NCBI GenBank assembly: GCA_047517145.1 | Contig: JAKZTI010000009.1 | Location: 818 to 64,817 of the forward strand | From: Gammaproteobacteria bacterium | GTDB taxonomy: Bacteria; Pseudomonadota; Gammaproteobacteria; Eutrophobiales; Eutrophobiaceae | Reading direction: 5' to 3' | DNA length: 64,000 nt | Shown here: positions 41,784 to 51,768 of the stretch, piece by piece | Layout of the letters: each line of letters begins with the position of its first letter | How positions within the stretch are numbered: position 1 is the stretch's first letter | Made by a program: the position numbers and the translations under genes | The notes under the pieces: generated by a model | The model's database searches: none | Seen by the model: the letters and a program-made list of their open reading frames with translations, nothing else | What the model was told of the DNA's origin: nothing

Positions 41784-42380
41784 TTATGCGTAACCAAACC
41801 ACTGATCAAGTACCGCCCTGGCATCTTCCGCACCCGTCTTTTTCAAGGCTGAAAATAGCTGAATTGACACCAGATCATCGTTAATACGGCCTTTGAGCTC
41901 TTGTAATACAGACATCCCGGCACCACGGGAGAGCTTGTCTGATTTGTTCAATAAGATATGTGTGGGCAGTCCCACATCGAGCGCCCAGTCAAGCATCTGC
42001 TGGTCTTCAGGCTTAAGCGGGTGCCGAATATCCATGATCAAAATCAGGCCCAACAATGCATTTCTTTCCTGAAAATATCTGTTCAATGTTGCCCCCCAAT
42101 GCTTGCGCATCGCGACAGGAACCTTTGCATAACCATATCCGGGCAGATCAACCAGGCGTCGTTCATCGTCCAGAACAAAGATATTCATCTGCTGGGTTCG
42201 GCCAGGCGTTTTGCTGATGCGTGCCAGCTTCGAATTCGCCGTAATCACATTCAGGACGCTGGATTTACCGGCATTAGATCGTCCGGCAATCGCGACCTCA
42301 GTGCCAATATCATCAGGCAACTGCCTGATTTCATGTGCCCCCATGAGGAATGTGCTCTTGTTATAGTTGTTTTTTGACAA
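41784..42380 (-). CDS. engB: ribosome-biogenesis GTP-binding protein EngB/YihA
   Basis: 198 aa with G1 (GRSNAGKSS), G3 (DLPGYG) and G4 (NKSD) motifs. Confidence 0.92.
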   Translation of the reverse strand: MSKNNYNKSTFLMGAHEIRQLPDDIGTEVAIAGRSNAGKSSVLNVITANSKLARISKTPGRTQQMNIFVLDDERRLVDLPGYGYAKVPVAMRKHWGATLNRYFQERNALLGLILIMDIRHPLKPEDQQMLDWALDVGLPTHILLNKSDKLSRGAGMSVLQELKGRINDDLVSIQLFSALKKTGAEDARAVLDQWFGYA

Positions 42381-42540
42381 AATTTTGTCTCCAAAGATAG
42401 TAATAGTACACGTCCGTGCTGATATTGAGTAAAATGCAGGCTTGTAATCAAGTCTACTTAAGGTTCTGCAGATACATTAAAATATGCAGGAGAACCTTAG
42501 GTAGAAAAATAACATTCATTCTCAGGGTTCGACAGTCATT

Positions 42541-43440
42541 ATGAAACAAGCGTTAATGTTCAGTTCATTGGTTCTATTTATTTTCTCTAGTCACGCTTAC
42601 GCCGGTGATACGGCTGCCGAGGATGTTGCCGGGAAAACAACTTATGACAGTACTTGTATTGCCTGTCATGGCTCCGGCCTTCCGGGTATTCCACAATTAG
42701 GTGATGCTGCTGCATGGGCTCCACGTATTGAACAAGGAAATGACACGCTCTATAAACATGCGATATCCGGCTACACTGGCTCATCAGGCATGCCAATGCC
42801 TGCCAAAGGCGGTAATCCGGATCTCAGTGATGATGATGTTAAAGCAGCTGTAGATTATATGGTAACGAATAGTCAGGGCAACTCGACTGTAGCAAGTAAC
42901 CAGATGGCGCCGGCCGGAAATGAAAAAACAAAGACATGTGCAGCTTGTCATGGGGTCGACGGTAATAGTGTCAACCCTGTCTGGCCTAAATTAGCAGGTC
43001 AGCACGCGGAATATATCTTTAAGCAGCTAAAAGATTTTCATTCAGGATCACGCAAGAATGTTCAAATGAGTCCTCTTGCTGCTCCGCTCAGCGAGGAAGA
43101 CATGCAGGATATCGCCACCTATTACTCTTCGCAGAAAATAAAGATTGGACATGCCAGTGCTGAAACACTTCCACTGGGTGAACAAATATATCGTGCAGGT
43201 GATGCCAGCAAAGGACTCCCGGCATGTTTGGCTTGTCATGGCCCCAGTGGTGCTGGCAATCCAGCGGCATCATATCCAGCCTTAAGTGGTCAGCATGCTG
43301 AATACACAAAATTACAATTGCTGGCTTTTCGGGATAACATACGTACCAACGATTCCAACAAAGTTATGCAGATAGTCTCGGAAAAAATGACCACGGATGA
43401 AATTGATGCCGTTGCCAATTATATTCAAGGTTTACATTAA
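42541..43440 (+). CDS. triheme c-type cytochrome: N-terminal cytochrome c5 domain fused to diheme cytochrome c4
   Basis: 299 aa with a signal peptide and three CxxCH sites (CIACH, CAACH, CLACH). The first module has c5 signatures (LPGIPQLGDAAAWAPRIEQG...MPAKGGNPDLSDDDVKAAVDYMV). The C-terminal 190 aa is c4-like and ends ...ANYIQGLH. No signal peptide or stop codon separates the modules. Confidence 0.85.
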   Translation: MKQALMFSSLVLFIFSSHAYAGDTAAEDVAGKTTYDSTCIACHGSGLPGIPQLGDAAAWAPRIEQGNDTLYKHAISGYTGSSGMPMPAKGGNPDLSDDDVKAAVDYMVTNSQGNSTVASNQMAPAGNEKTKTCAACHGVDGNSVNPVWPKLAGQHAEYIFKQLKDFHSGSRKNVQMSPLAAPLSEEDMQDIATYYSSQKIKIGHASAETLPLGEQIYRAGDASKGLPACLACHGPSGAGNPAASYPALSGQHAEYTKLQLLAFRDNIRTNDSNKVMQIVSEKMTTDEIDAVANYIQGLH

Positions 43441-43518
43441 TCTGCTTGTAGGTTTGTCCTGAAATATCAAATGCATTGCTATCAATACGGAATGTCTGAA
43501 TATTAATTCTTCAGACAC

Positions 43519-45498
43519 TTGTTTTACGTGAAAAGTTTAGCCAGTATTTTCTTTCGTTTCCTGGGTTCAATGAACCTGGCTATCACTTTACTTGTGGCCG
43601 TTGCCCTGTCTTCGGTCATAGGTACGCTACTTAAGCAAAACGAATCCTATCAAAGCTACATCATAAAATTCGGCCCTTTCTGGCATGAAGTGTATTTATC
43701 ACTTGGGCTGTACGATGTTTATAGTAGCGCATGGTTTATCGGCATCCTGTCTTTTCTGGTTATCACAACCAGCATCTGCATCACGCAAAATGGCCCAGGT
43801 ATTCTGCGTAGCATGCAACGATTCAAAGAGCTCATTTCGGCACGGTCCTTGAGGACAATGAAGCAACATGAAGAATGGCGCTGTGATATGGATATAGATA
43901 AGGCATACAAAGGCCTGTGTTATTTTTTTAAAAAATCAGGCTATCGAGTGCGAACACGTGAAAATGAACAAGGCTACACCCTCGCTGCCATGCATGGCGC
44001 GAGCAATCGGCTTGGCTATATCCTGACGCATGTCGCTATCGTCGTCATCTGCCTGGGAGGATTAATCGATGGCAATCTTCCTTTAAAGGTTAAAACACTG
44101 ACAGGCCAATTAAGAATTGAAAAAGATAATAATGCCCGCGTCTCAGAGATCCCCGATGCTAGCATATTGAGCATTGACAATCCTTCTTTCAGGGCAAGTG
44201 TCACTATTCCTGAAGGCAAGACAGTAAGTGTTGCTTTTCAGAATATTGCCGATGGTTATCTGGTACAAAGACTGCCTTTTTCAATCGAGGTAGTAGATTT
44301 TCGTATTGAACATTATGAAAGTGGCCAACCGAAATCATTTGAAAGCGATCTCATCATCCATGACCCGGAAGCAGATGCGCGCATCACCGAAACAATATCA
44401 GTCAACCACCCTTTGAGTTACAAAGGTTATACAATTTATCAGGCGAGCTTCACAGATGGCGGCTCACAGCTCGATATGCTGCTGCATCAACTGCGTAATA
44501 ATGAAGTAAGTTCGCTTGAAATCAGTGGCCGTATCAACGAGACATTATCTATCAATACCAATAACGATCCGATCACGCTCGAGCTTGATGAATTTCGTTT
44601 ATTCAACATTTTCCCTGTTGCCGAAGATGAGGCTACAGATAAAAAATTCAGGGATCAGGGCCCAAATTTTACATTTAAATTAAGAAAACAGGATGGCAGT
44701 GCCGTTGAGTTTGTTAATTATATGCAGCCATTAATGATTAATAGCAGAAAATATTTTTTGAGTGGCATGCGTACGACACCTGCAGATGAATTCAAGTATC
44801 TACATATCCCTGCAGATAATGCTGATTCACCTCAGCGCTTCCTGAAATTTCAGGCATTGCTGAGAGACGACGAAAACATCCTACAAGCCGCCAGAACTAT
44901 TGCCAAAAGAGAAAATATTCTGGAATCAAATGAAGAATTTCTTGGCGCGACCAAAACACTTGTTGAATTATTTTTATCAGGCGGGTTTGAAAGTATTCAA
45001 AATCATCTGCAAGCAAATGTGCCAGAAAAAGAACAAGCCGAAGTCTCCGAGATTTATATGAAGATGTTACAGAACACTCTGCAGCAAGTATTTGTCGATA
45101 TGCTGATAACCGAGGGAGTTCAGAACACGGATGAAGTGAGTCAAAATGAAACCCGGTTTTTCCAGGATACAGTACTCGCGCTATCTGCCTTACCATTCTA
45201 TCAATCACCTTTTTATCTGGAACTGAGAAATTTTGAACACAAACAAGCAACTGGTTTACAGATCACCAGGACGCCAGGAAAAATTTATGTGTATATCGGC
45301 TTTGCCATGCTGATTACTGGTGTTTTTCTGTTATTTTACGTTTCCCACCAACGAGTCTGGGTCATCCTGGAAAGACATGACAACAGCACTCGACTGCTAA
45401 TTGCAGGGAATGCAAACCGTCATAAAACTGAATTTTCCGAAAAATTTAGAGAAATGACTGGCATAATAAAAGGTGAACTAAAACCGATAGATAGTTAA
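43519..45498 (+). CDS. ccsB: cytochrome c biogenesis protein ResB/CcsB (system II)
   Basis: 659 aa with an N-terminal TM segment (…AITLLVAVALSSVIGTLLKQNE), a large periplasmic domain and C-terminal TM segments. Confidence 0.88.
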   Translation: MFYVKSLASIFFRFLGSMNLAITLLVAVALSSVIGTLLKQNESYQSYIIKFGPFWHEVYLSLGLYDVYSSAWFIGILSFLVITTSICITQNGPGILRSMQRFKELISARSLRTMKQHEEWRCDMDIDKAYKGLCYFFKKSGYRVRTRENEQGYTLAAMHGASNRLGYILTHVAIVVICLGGLIDGNLPLKVKTLTGQLRIEKDNNARVSEIPDASILSIDNPSFRASVTIPEGKTVSVAFQNIADGYLVQRLPFSIEVVDFRIEHYESGQPKSFESDLIIHDPEADARITETISVNHPLSYKGYTIYQASFTDGGSQLDMLLHQLRNNEVSSLEISGRINETLSINTNNDPITLELDEFRLFNIFPVAEDEATDKKFRDQGPNFTFKLRKQDGSAVEFVNYMQPLMINSRKYFLSGMRTTPADEFKYLHIPADNADSPQRFLKFQALLRDDENILQAARTIAKRENILESNEEFLGATKTLVELFLSGGFESIQNHLQANVPEKEQAEVSEIYMKMLQNTLQQVFVDMLITEGVQNTDEVSQNETRFFQDTVLALSALPFYQSPFYLELRNFEHKQATGLQITRTPGKIYVYIGFAMLITGVFLLFYVSHQRVWVILERHDNSTRLLIAGNANRHKTEFSEKFREMTGIIKGELKPIDS

Positions 45499-45576
45499 GC
45501 TTCTCGAATGCAACAAATTTCAGGTTTACGCATCAAACGGATAACTCATTACAGTTAAATTAATACAAAGGCATAA

Positions 45577-46749
45577 ATGGCAAGCGATACTCTTTTTAAA
45601 AACACCGGTAGAAACTATTGGCTAGAGCAATTAACACCCATCAGCATGTTGTGGGTCTTATTGCTGTTGGCAGGAACTGCTTTCGCGGCCAGTCAATACC
45701 AACACAATATGGACGCCTATGAATTAGGTATCCTCATAAGTGCAGGAATTGTATTCAGTTTTCTTGGTCTGTCCTGGCGCCCTATACAAGGCCTCATCAT
45801 GGTCGTTTCTCTTTTAAGTCTCTGCAGCATTTCGTTATATGGTGCTAACCTGGAGGCATCCGAACAGAATTTCTTTCTAAGATTTTTACTCTCCAGTCAA
45901 TCAGCAATCATGTGGATGAGTGCACTGTATGTTATGGCAACAGTGGCATACCTTGGAAATCTCTTGTCAGGTTCCAGCTTCACGGGAAAAGTCGCGACCG
46001 CTTTTACCTGGTCTGCAACCATCATGGGGCTAACCGGATTACTGGTTCGTTGGCGCGAATCCTATTTGATGAGCCCGGACATCGGCCATATACCCGTCAG
46101 TAATCTGTATGAAGTCTTTATCCTGTTTTGTTTGATTACTGGCCTGGTTTATCTCTATTACGAAAATAAATTTAGAACACGAAGCATGGGAACTTTTGTG
46201 CTCCTGGTCATCAGTGCTGCAGTCGGCTTTCTGCTTTGGTATACATTTTCAAAAGGTGCCAACGAAATTCAGCCACTGGTACCTGCGCTAAAAAGCTATT
46301 GGATGAAAATCCATGTGCCTGCAAATTTTATTGGCTATGGTTGTTTCAGCCTCTCAGCCATGTTGGGGACAGCCTATTTAGTTAGAAATTTTATAGAACG
46401 TAAGGCACCAGGCTCATTCATCCTCTCTCGTCTGCCGTCTTATGATTTGCTTGATGATGTGATGTATAAATCCATCGCACTAGGTTTTGCCTTTTTCACC
46501 ATCGCAACCATCCTCGGTGCCTTATGGGCAGCAGAGGCATGGGGAGGTTACTGGTCATGGGATCCAAAAGAGACCTGGGCACTTATTGTCTGGTTAAATT
46601 ACGCTGCCTGGTTACATATGCGCATGACCAAAGGCTGGAAAGGCACACCTATGGCATGGTGGTCTATCATTGGTCTATTCGTGACATTATTCGCTTTCCT
46701 CGGTGTTAATATGTTTTTATCCGGTTTACATTCCTACGGTGAATTATAA
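45577..46749 (+). CDS. ccsA: cytochrome c biogenesis protein CcsA/ResC (system II heme-handling)
   Basis: 390 aa, polytopic, with a WWD-type heme-binding motif (WGGYWSWDPKETW). Confidence 0.9.
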   Translation: MASDTLFKNTGRNYWLEQLTPISMLWVLLLLAGTAFAASQYQHNMDAYELGILISAGIVFSFLGLSWRPIQGLIMVVSLLSLCSISLYGANLEASEQNFFLRFLLSSQSAIMWMSALYVMATVAYLGNLLSGSSFTGKVATAFTWSATIMGLTGLLVRWRESYLMSPDIGHIPVSNLYEVFILFCLITGLVYLYYENKFRTRSMGTFVLLVISAAVGFLLWYTFSKGANEIQPLVPALKSYWMKIHVPANFIGYGCFSLSAMLGTAYLVRNFIERKAPGSFILSRLPSYDLLDDVMYKSIALGFAFFTIATILGALWAAEAWGGYWSWDPKETWALIVWLNYAAWLHMRMTKGWKGTPMAWWSIIGLFVTLFAFLGVNMFLSGLHSYGEL

Positions 46750-46777
46750 TTCACTCCATTTCAAGGGTCTTAGATAC

Positions 46778-47521
46778 ATGAGTAAAAAATCACTTTGGAC
46801 ACAATTAACCAGTATTATTCTGCTTGCTACTCTCAGCTTGCTTTCAGCTTGTTCTGATGCTGAAGAAAATCTATCTAAAAACAATATTGAGGCAGTTCCT
46901 GCGATACAAGAGCAGGCTGCAACGTTAGCTCCAGCTAAACAGACAAAGGTAGTATTGAAAAATGTCACTGGCCTCTATAAAGAACTTCCCTCCGTACAGC
47001 CGACCAGGACAGGCGATAAGATAGAAGTCCTGGAAGTCTTCTGGTATGGCTGTCCCCATTGTTATCATTTTGAACCGGTAATTGAAAAATGGCTCGAAGA
47101 AAAGGCTGAGTACATTGAGTTTGTTCGTATGCCAGGTATTCTGGGCAAAAACTGGTTGCCCCATGCCAGGGCTTTTTATGCAGCAGAGAAATTAGGCATC
47201 CTTGATATAATTCATAAACCTTTGTTTGATGCGATAAACAAAGATAAAAGAAAAATCCTTGATGAAAAGAGCCTCAGGGTGTTCTTCTCAGAACATGGTG
47301 TCAGTGGTGATGAATTTGACCAGGCCTACAACTCAAGGGAAGTCGAAGAAAAAGTCAGAGCAGCCTTTACAGCAGGACAGGGTTATGCGCTAACAGGCGT
47401 TCCAGCCATCATTATCAACGGTAAATATACGACAAGTGCATCAATGGCAGGTAGCTTTGAAAAAATTATTGATGTGATAAACACCCTGGCAGCAAAAGAA
47501 TATAAAAAATTAAATGAATAA
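46778..47521 (+). CDS. dsbA: thiol:disulfide interchange protein, DsbA family, lipoprotein-anchored
   Basis: Lipobox (LLSAC) and a CPHC active site (VFWYGCPHCYHFEP). The position after cc4-resB-ccsA matches the Pseudomonas cc4-dsbA neighbourhood. Start set to the ATG at 46778. Confidence 0.82.
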   Translation: MSKKSLWTQLTSIILLATLSLLSACSDAEENLSKNNIEAVPAIQEQAATLAPAKQTKVVLKNVTGLYKELPSVQPTRTGDKIEVLEVFWYGCPHCYHFEPVIEKWLEEKAEYIEFVRMPGILGKNWLPHARAFYAAEKLGILDIIHKPLFDAINKDKRKILDEKSLRVFFSEHGVSGDEFDQAYNSREVEEKVRAAFTAGQGYALTGVPAIIINGKYTTSASMAGSFEKIIDVINTLAAKEYKKLNE

Positions 47522-47554
47522 ATATAATGTTGAGATAACTTCTATATAAAACAA

Positions 47555-47580
47555 AAAGCCCTTTACTGAGGGCTTTTTTA
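47555..47580. terminator. rho-independent terminator after dsbA
   Basis: AAAGCCC-tttactga-GGGCTTT hairpin followed by a T-run, and preceded by an A-run, so it can act bidirectionally for the convergent esterase gene. Confidence 0.75.
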
Positions 47581-47598
47581 TTACATAGTAATAATTAG

Positions 47599-48258
47599 TT
47601 ACAAAAGTATCTTTTGCAGCCATCTTGAAATATCCATTATCTCTTCGGTGCAAACACTGTGTTGCATGGGGTATGTTTGATAATTAACACTGTAGCCTTT
47701 TTCTTTTAAAGCCCTGCAGGCAATCTGTCCTAGAGGCTCCGGAACAACCGGATCCATTGTTCCATGATAAATCTGAACAGGTAATGCCTTGTTTTCCCGG
47801 CTGGGCACAATTGATTCACTGGTCGCAAAGTATGTCGACATTGCCAGTAGGCCTGCTAGCGGTTTGGGATAAGTTAAAGCCGTTTGATAACACACAGCTC
47901 CGCCTTGCGAAAAGCCGGCAATCACAATACGTGAGCTATCTATACCACGTTCTATCTCTCTGTCTATCAAGGTTCTTATCTTTTCAGCAGCTACCAGTAA
48001 TTGCTCCTCATCAACCTTCTTCTCAATACTCATATCCAGGATGTCATACCAGGCGGGCATTACCATACCGTTGTTAATAGTGACAGATATCGATGGTGCA
48101 TGAGGAAAGATAAAACGAACAGCCGCGCTATCTGGCAACCTTAGCTCCGGGACAACAGGTTCAAAATCATGTCCGTCCGCACCTAGGCCATGCAGCCAGA
48201 TTACGGCAGCATCGGCGAGTCTTTGAGGTTCTACTTCAACGCAAGGTAAGTAATCCAT
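47599..48258 (-). CDS. alpha/beta-hydrolase carboxylesterase/phospholipase family protein
   Basis: About 220 aa with a nucleophile elbow (GFSQGG) and downstream Asp/His. Start set to the MDYLP Met at 48258. Confidence 0.78.
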   Translation of the reverse strand: MDYLPCVEVEPQRLADAAVIWLHGLGADGHDFEPVVPELRLPDSAAVRFIFPHAPSISVTINNGMVMPAWYDILDMSIEKKVDEEQLLVAAEKIRTLIDREIERGIDSSRIVIAGFSQGGAVCYQTALTYPKPLAGLLAMSTYFATSESIVPSRENKALPVQIYHGTMDPVVPEPLGQIACRALKEKGYSVNYQTYPMQHSVCTEEIMDISRWLQKILL

Positions 48259-48377
48259 AAAAATAATATTCTCTAATGATGTGTGGGACAAAATGAACTC
48301 TTTATACTCTACCTGTCTTAGAAAAAACAACTATGAGATAAATATATCTTCAAAGAAATTTAATTGAGACAATAATA

Positions 48378-49007
48378 ATGAAATTACTGAAATATACTCT
48401 GGCTGCTTTTATCCTGAGTCTGTTGGCAATGACCATATTATCGGCAGACGAAACGGCTATCACCACTGAAAATAAAGATCTATCTGTTGCCACATTTGCT
48501 GGCGGTTGCTTTTGGTGTATGGAAGCTCCTTTCGACAAACTTGAAGGTGTGGCCTCTACTACCTCTGGCTATACGGGTGGTCATACAAAAAACCCGACCT
48601 ATAAACAAACTTCCTCAGGCAGGACCGGTCACACAGAGGCCGTCCAGATCGTCTATGACCCCGAACAAGTAAGTTACGAGAAATTACTCGATGTCTTCTG
48701 GCACAATATTGATCCAACCACACCAGATCAACAATTTTGCGATCGAGGCAATCAGTATCGATCTGAAATTTTTTATCATAACGATGAGCAAAAACAACTG
48801 GCAGAGTCATCAAAGGCTGCTCTCGACAAAAATAAACCTTTTAAAGAACCCATCGTCACCCAAGTAAGTAAAGCTTCAACATTCTATGCTGCGGAGGATT
48901 ATCATCAGGATTACTACAAAAATAATCCGATTCGCTACAGATATTACAGATATGGTTGTGGTAGAGACAAACGACTGGAACAACTATGGGGTGAATATAA
49001 ACACTAG
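48378..49007 (+). CDS. msrA: peptide-methionine (S)-S-oxide reductase, secreted
   Basis: 209 aa with a signal peptide and the MsrA active site (GGCFWCME). Confidence 0.9.
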   Translation: MKLLKYTLAAFILSLLAMTILSADETAITTENKDLSVATFAGGCFWCMEAPFDKLEGVASTTSGYTGGHTKNPTYKQTSSGRTGHTEAVQIVYDPEQVSYEKLLDVFWHNIDPTTPDQQFCDRGNQYRSEIFYHNDEQKQLAESSKAALDKNKPFKEPIVTQVSKASTFYAAEDYHQDYYKNNPIRYRYYRYGCGRDKRLEQLWGEYKH

Positions 49008-49011
49008 GATA

Positions 49012-50019
49012 TCAGAATAATAAGTATTTAAAAAATGCATCGCTCCAGTCACCGCGTCGATCCAATGTAAAGCGTGTCAGTTCTTTTAACAGAATATCTG
49101 AATTGGCATGTAGCTCATTATATTCAGGAATGTCCATCACTCTTAATTCGTCCAATGAATCTGGATTGGCTTCGATCAGAACCTTTCGGACTTCGGGCGA
49201 ATTCATTCCCGTCATGAAAACTTCGTAAGCATCAATTAATATATTAAAACCACTATCATTATTTAACGCATAGACTTTTTCAATCCTTTGCAAAGGTGTC
49301 AGTGAAAGATGTTCACGTAACCAACCAATTTTATCTTGTTTCTCCTTACTGCATTCTCCCAATAAAAAGATCAGTGCAGCAAACATAGGAATCCGACTAT
49401 TGCGCAATTTTGCGTTACGCATATGCCAACTATCAATTGGATCATTTGTCAGATCAAACTGATGCCATGCACAGTATGATCTTAAATAACGAATCAGATC
49501 ATTAAGCAGATAAACCCATTCCTTCTTCTGATCATGTATAAGAAAGCCTGCAGCATAGCGTTCCAGCAAGCCTTGAACCAGAATCTGAAACTTTTCTTCA
49601 CCATAAACTGGTTTTGCATCAAGCAAGATCTGCATACGTTTACCGAAGATATTTTTATCATCGGCGATCAGACCTAAAGTACCATGATCACAGATTTGGC
49701 TATGACTTGCCGGGCTCACGTAAATACCACTGGATTTAGGTAAAGGCATTCCAAGTGGGTCCAGTGCATCCCATACCGCCTGCATGGCTTTTTGACAACG
49801 AGCAGGATCATGAATCGCTTCGTCATTGACTATTACAATCAGATCACAATCAGAATGTGCCATTCCCTCAAGACGACCGAGTGAACCAGAGACGGCGGCA
49901 ATAGTCACATCTGTTGCAGAATCAGCCAGTGGTAATAGTCGCTGTTGCATTTGTTGCAACATACCGTTTGACCAGTTGAGTGCATACGTAAGCGTTGGAT
50001 GTTTTTGGGGATCGATCAT
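49012..50019 (-). CDS. stand-alone GlnD/GlnE/DUF294-type nucleotidyltransferase (Pol-beta NTase fold plus helical substrate-binding domain)
   Basis: 335 aa with a GS...DxD NTase signature (AVSGSLGRLEGMAHSDCDLIVIV) matching the GGYGRxEL...SDIDLL pattern of GlnD/GlnE. Confidence 0.6.
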   Translation of the reverse strand: MIDPQKHPTLTYALNWSNGMLQQMQQRLLPLADSATDVTIAAVSGSLGRLEGMAHSDCDLIVIVNDEAIHDPARCQKAMQAVWDALDPLGMPLPKSSGIYVSPASHSQICDHGTLGLIADDKNIFGKRMQILLDAKPVYGEEKFQILVQGLLERYAAGFLIHDQKKEWVYLLNDLIRYLRSYCAWHQFDLTNDPIDSWHMRNAKLRNSRIPMFAALIFLLGECSKEKQDKIGWLREHLSLTPLQRIEKVYALNNDSGFNILIDAYEVFMTGMNSPEVRKVLIEANPDSLDELRVMDIPEYNELHANSDILLKELTRFTLDRRGDWSDAFFKYLLF

Positions 50020-50029
50020 GATTTATGAA

Positions 50030-50485
50030 TCAGTTATTTGTTATGTGCTTACTCAGAAATCTATCCAGATGATTTGCAAATGCCTGCCTGTCATTCTGAT
50101 TTAGTGTCGGCGGTCCACCTGTATCTACGCCACTTGCCCGTAACGTCTCCATGAAATCTCTCATGCTTAACCGCGCTCTAATGTTGTCCGTTGTATACAA
50201 CTCACCTCGGGGACTGAGCACCACAGCGCCTTTTTCTATCGCATCTGCCGCCAATGGTATATCACTTGTAATTACAAGGTCACCAATACTGAGTCTTTTA
50301 ACAATTTCATTATCAGTAACATCGAAACCCGAGGCGACCCTGAGAAAATTAATATATCGAGATGACGGTACAGACATGGATTGATTTGCGACCAGTGTCA
50401 ACTGTGTTTCTGTACGCTCTGCCGCCCTAAATAAGATATCCTTGATTACGACAGGGCATGCATCTGCATCTACCCATATTTTCAT
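50030..50485 (-). CDS. yaiI: YaiI/YqgE-like UPF0178 (DUF188) protein
   Basis: 151 aa beginning [12 protein letters not shown], the signature N-terminus of the YaiI family. Confidence 0.8.
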   Translation of the reverse strand: MKIWVDADACPVVIKDILFRAAERTETQLTLVANQSMSVPSSRYINFLRVASGFDVTDNEIVKRLSIGDLVITSDIPLAADAIEKGAVVLSPRGELYTTDNIRARLSMRDFMETLRASGVDTGGPPTLNQNDRQAFANHLDRFLSKHITNN

Positions 50486-50513
50486 ATCATACTACTTCTA
50501 TTGAATGCACCAC

Positions 50514-51428
50514 TTAATACCGATATCTTTCACTGGTTATATTCAACAAGCCCGCTAAATACCCTGTTCCCGATGCTAGTTTTATATATGATTTTTCCAG
50601 GTTTTTTAGGCGCTTGCTAAAAGCGGCCCTGATTAAACTGGTGACTGAACCAATTAATTTTCCTAATATCTTTGGAATGAAATGTAACCATGCGGCTAAA
50701 GATGAATAGTTTTTTTTATAGCGCAACACATTATTTATTCCCCCGGTATAATGACGGAATACTTTATATTTAAACGTTTCTCTTTCCGGTAATATTTTTT
50801 CGAAAATTACCGCCTCATTGATCCATACTGAAGTACACCCCAGCTTGCTTGCCCTTGTAAAGTAATCGAAGTCTTCACCACCAATAAAATTATAATAAGG
50901 ATCAAAAGTTAATCCTAGCTCAGCGACCAGTCTTTTTTTAAACATGACATTATTTGTAGAAATATACCTGGGTATCATACCGGTCTTATATTTATGTCCC
51001 TCTTTAAACTTATTTGGGGGAGTATTTTCTATTGTGGGGGTAACTGGGCCGGTAGCAATATCAACAGAATAGGCAATTAGACCGTTATAAATTTTGATTA
51101 ACCAGTCATTGTGAGGCATTTCATCGTCATCAATAAAAGCGATCATATCTGCCTGATGTTGTATAGCTTTTTGAAGTAAACAATTTCGGACTGAAGAAAG
51201 ACCGCGATCGGGCTCAACATAATAATGAAGAGCCTGATTAAGACCGGAAGATATATTGATACAAATTTCTTCGCCAGTTTGATCACTATCATTATCGACA
51301 ACAATAATAATTGCATTAAGATTTTCAGGAAGATTGAGTTTGCCTATAGCAAGCAGGCACTGTCTTAATATGACAGGACGCTTGAAAGTAGGAACACAGA
51401 TTGCAACAAGAGTCTGTTTATCGCTCAT
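50514..51428 (-). CDS. family 2 glycosyltransferase
   Basis: 304 aa with a GT-A fold N-terminus (VAICVPTFKRP...VVDNDSDQT) and a DXD motif (FIDDDE). Confidence 0.8.
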   Translation of the reverse strand: MSDKQTLVAICVPTFKRPVILRQCLLAIGKLNLPENLNAIIIVVDNDSDQTGEEICINISSGLNQALHYYVEPDRGLSSVRNCLLQKAIQHQADMIAFIDDDEMPHNDWLIKIYNGLIAYSVDIATGPVTPTIENTPPNKFKEGHKYKTGMIPRYISTNNVMFKKRLVAELGLTFDPYYNFIGGEDFDYFTRASKLGCTSVWINEAVIFEKILPERETFKYKVFRHYTGGINNVLRYKKNYSSLAAWLHFIPKILGKLIGSVTSLIRAAFSKRLKNLEKSYIKLASGTGYLAGLLNITSERYRY

Positions 51429-51514
51429 ACAGATTTTACTTATTTACTCCGATGGACAGGCATATCTAACTCGTAATTCAATCCTGATCGGATGATTTGA
51501 GTTGTATATGAAAT

Positions 51515-51727
51515 TTATTTTCCCCAAACTCTACGATATCGCCAGATAGTGCGAAGCCTGCCCTTGGGTGCAATTTGTTTTCGCTTTCTGATTTCCACCT
51601 TGCCGTTGACCAAAACCTGACCTTCTGCGATTACAGATTTCGCCTCGCCACCACTGGAGACTATGCCTCTAAATTTCAGGATTTTATAGAGCTCAAGGGG
51701 TTCCTTTGAAACTTCAATTTCTCTCAT
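51515..51727 (-). CDS. ybcJ: S4-like RNA-binding ribosome-associated protein (YbcJ family); C-terminus possibly frameshifted
   Basis: The N-terminal 50 aa (…[25 protein letters not shown]) match YbcJ. The annotated C-terminus ([14 protein letters not shown]) does not. A +1 frame from about 51575 gives [21 protein letters not shown], which matches the family. Confidence 0.6.
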   Translation of the reverse strand: MREIEVSKEPLELYKILKFRGIVSSGGEAKSVIAEGQVLVNGKVEIRKRKQIAPKGRLRTIWRYRRVWGK

Positions 51728-51768
51728 TGCAATGTTATGCCAGGATACCCTTGAGTCCTTATTAAATT

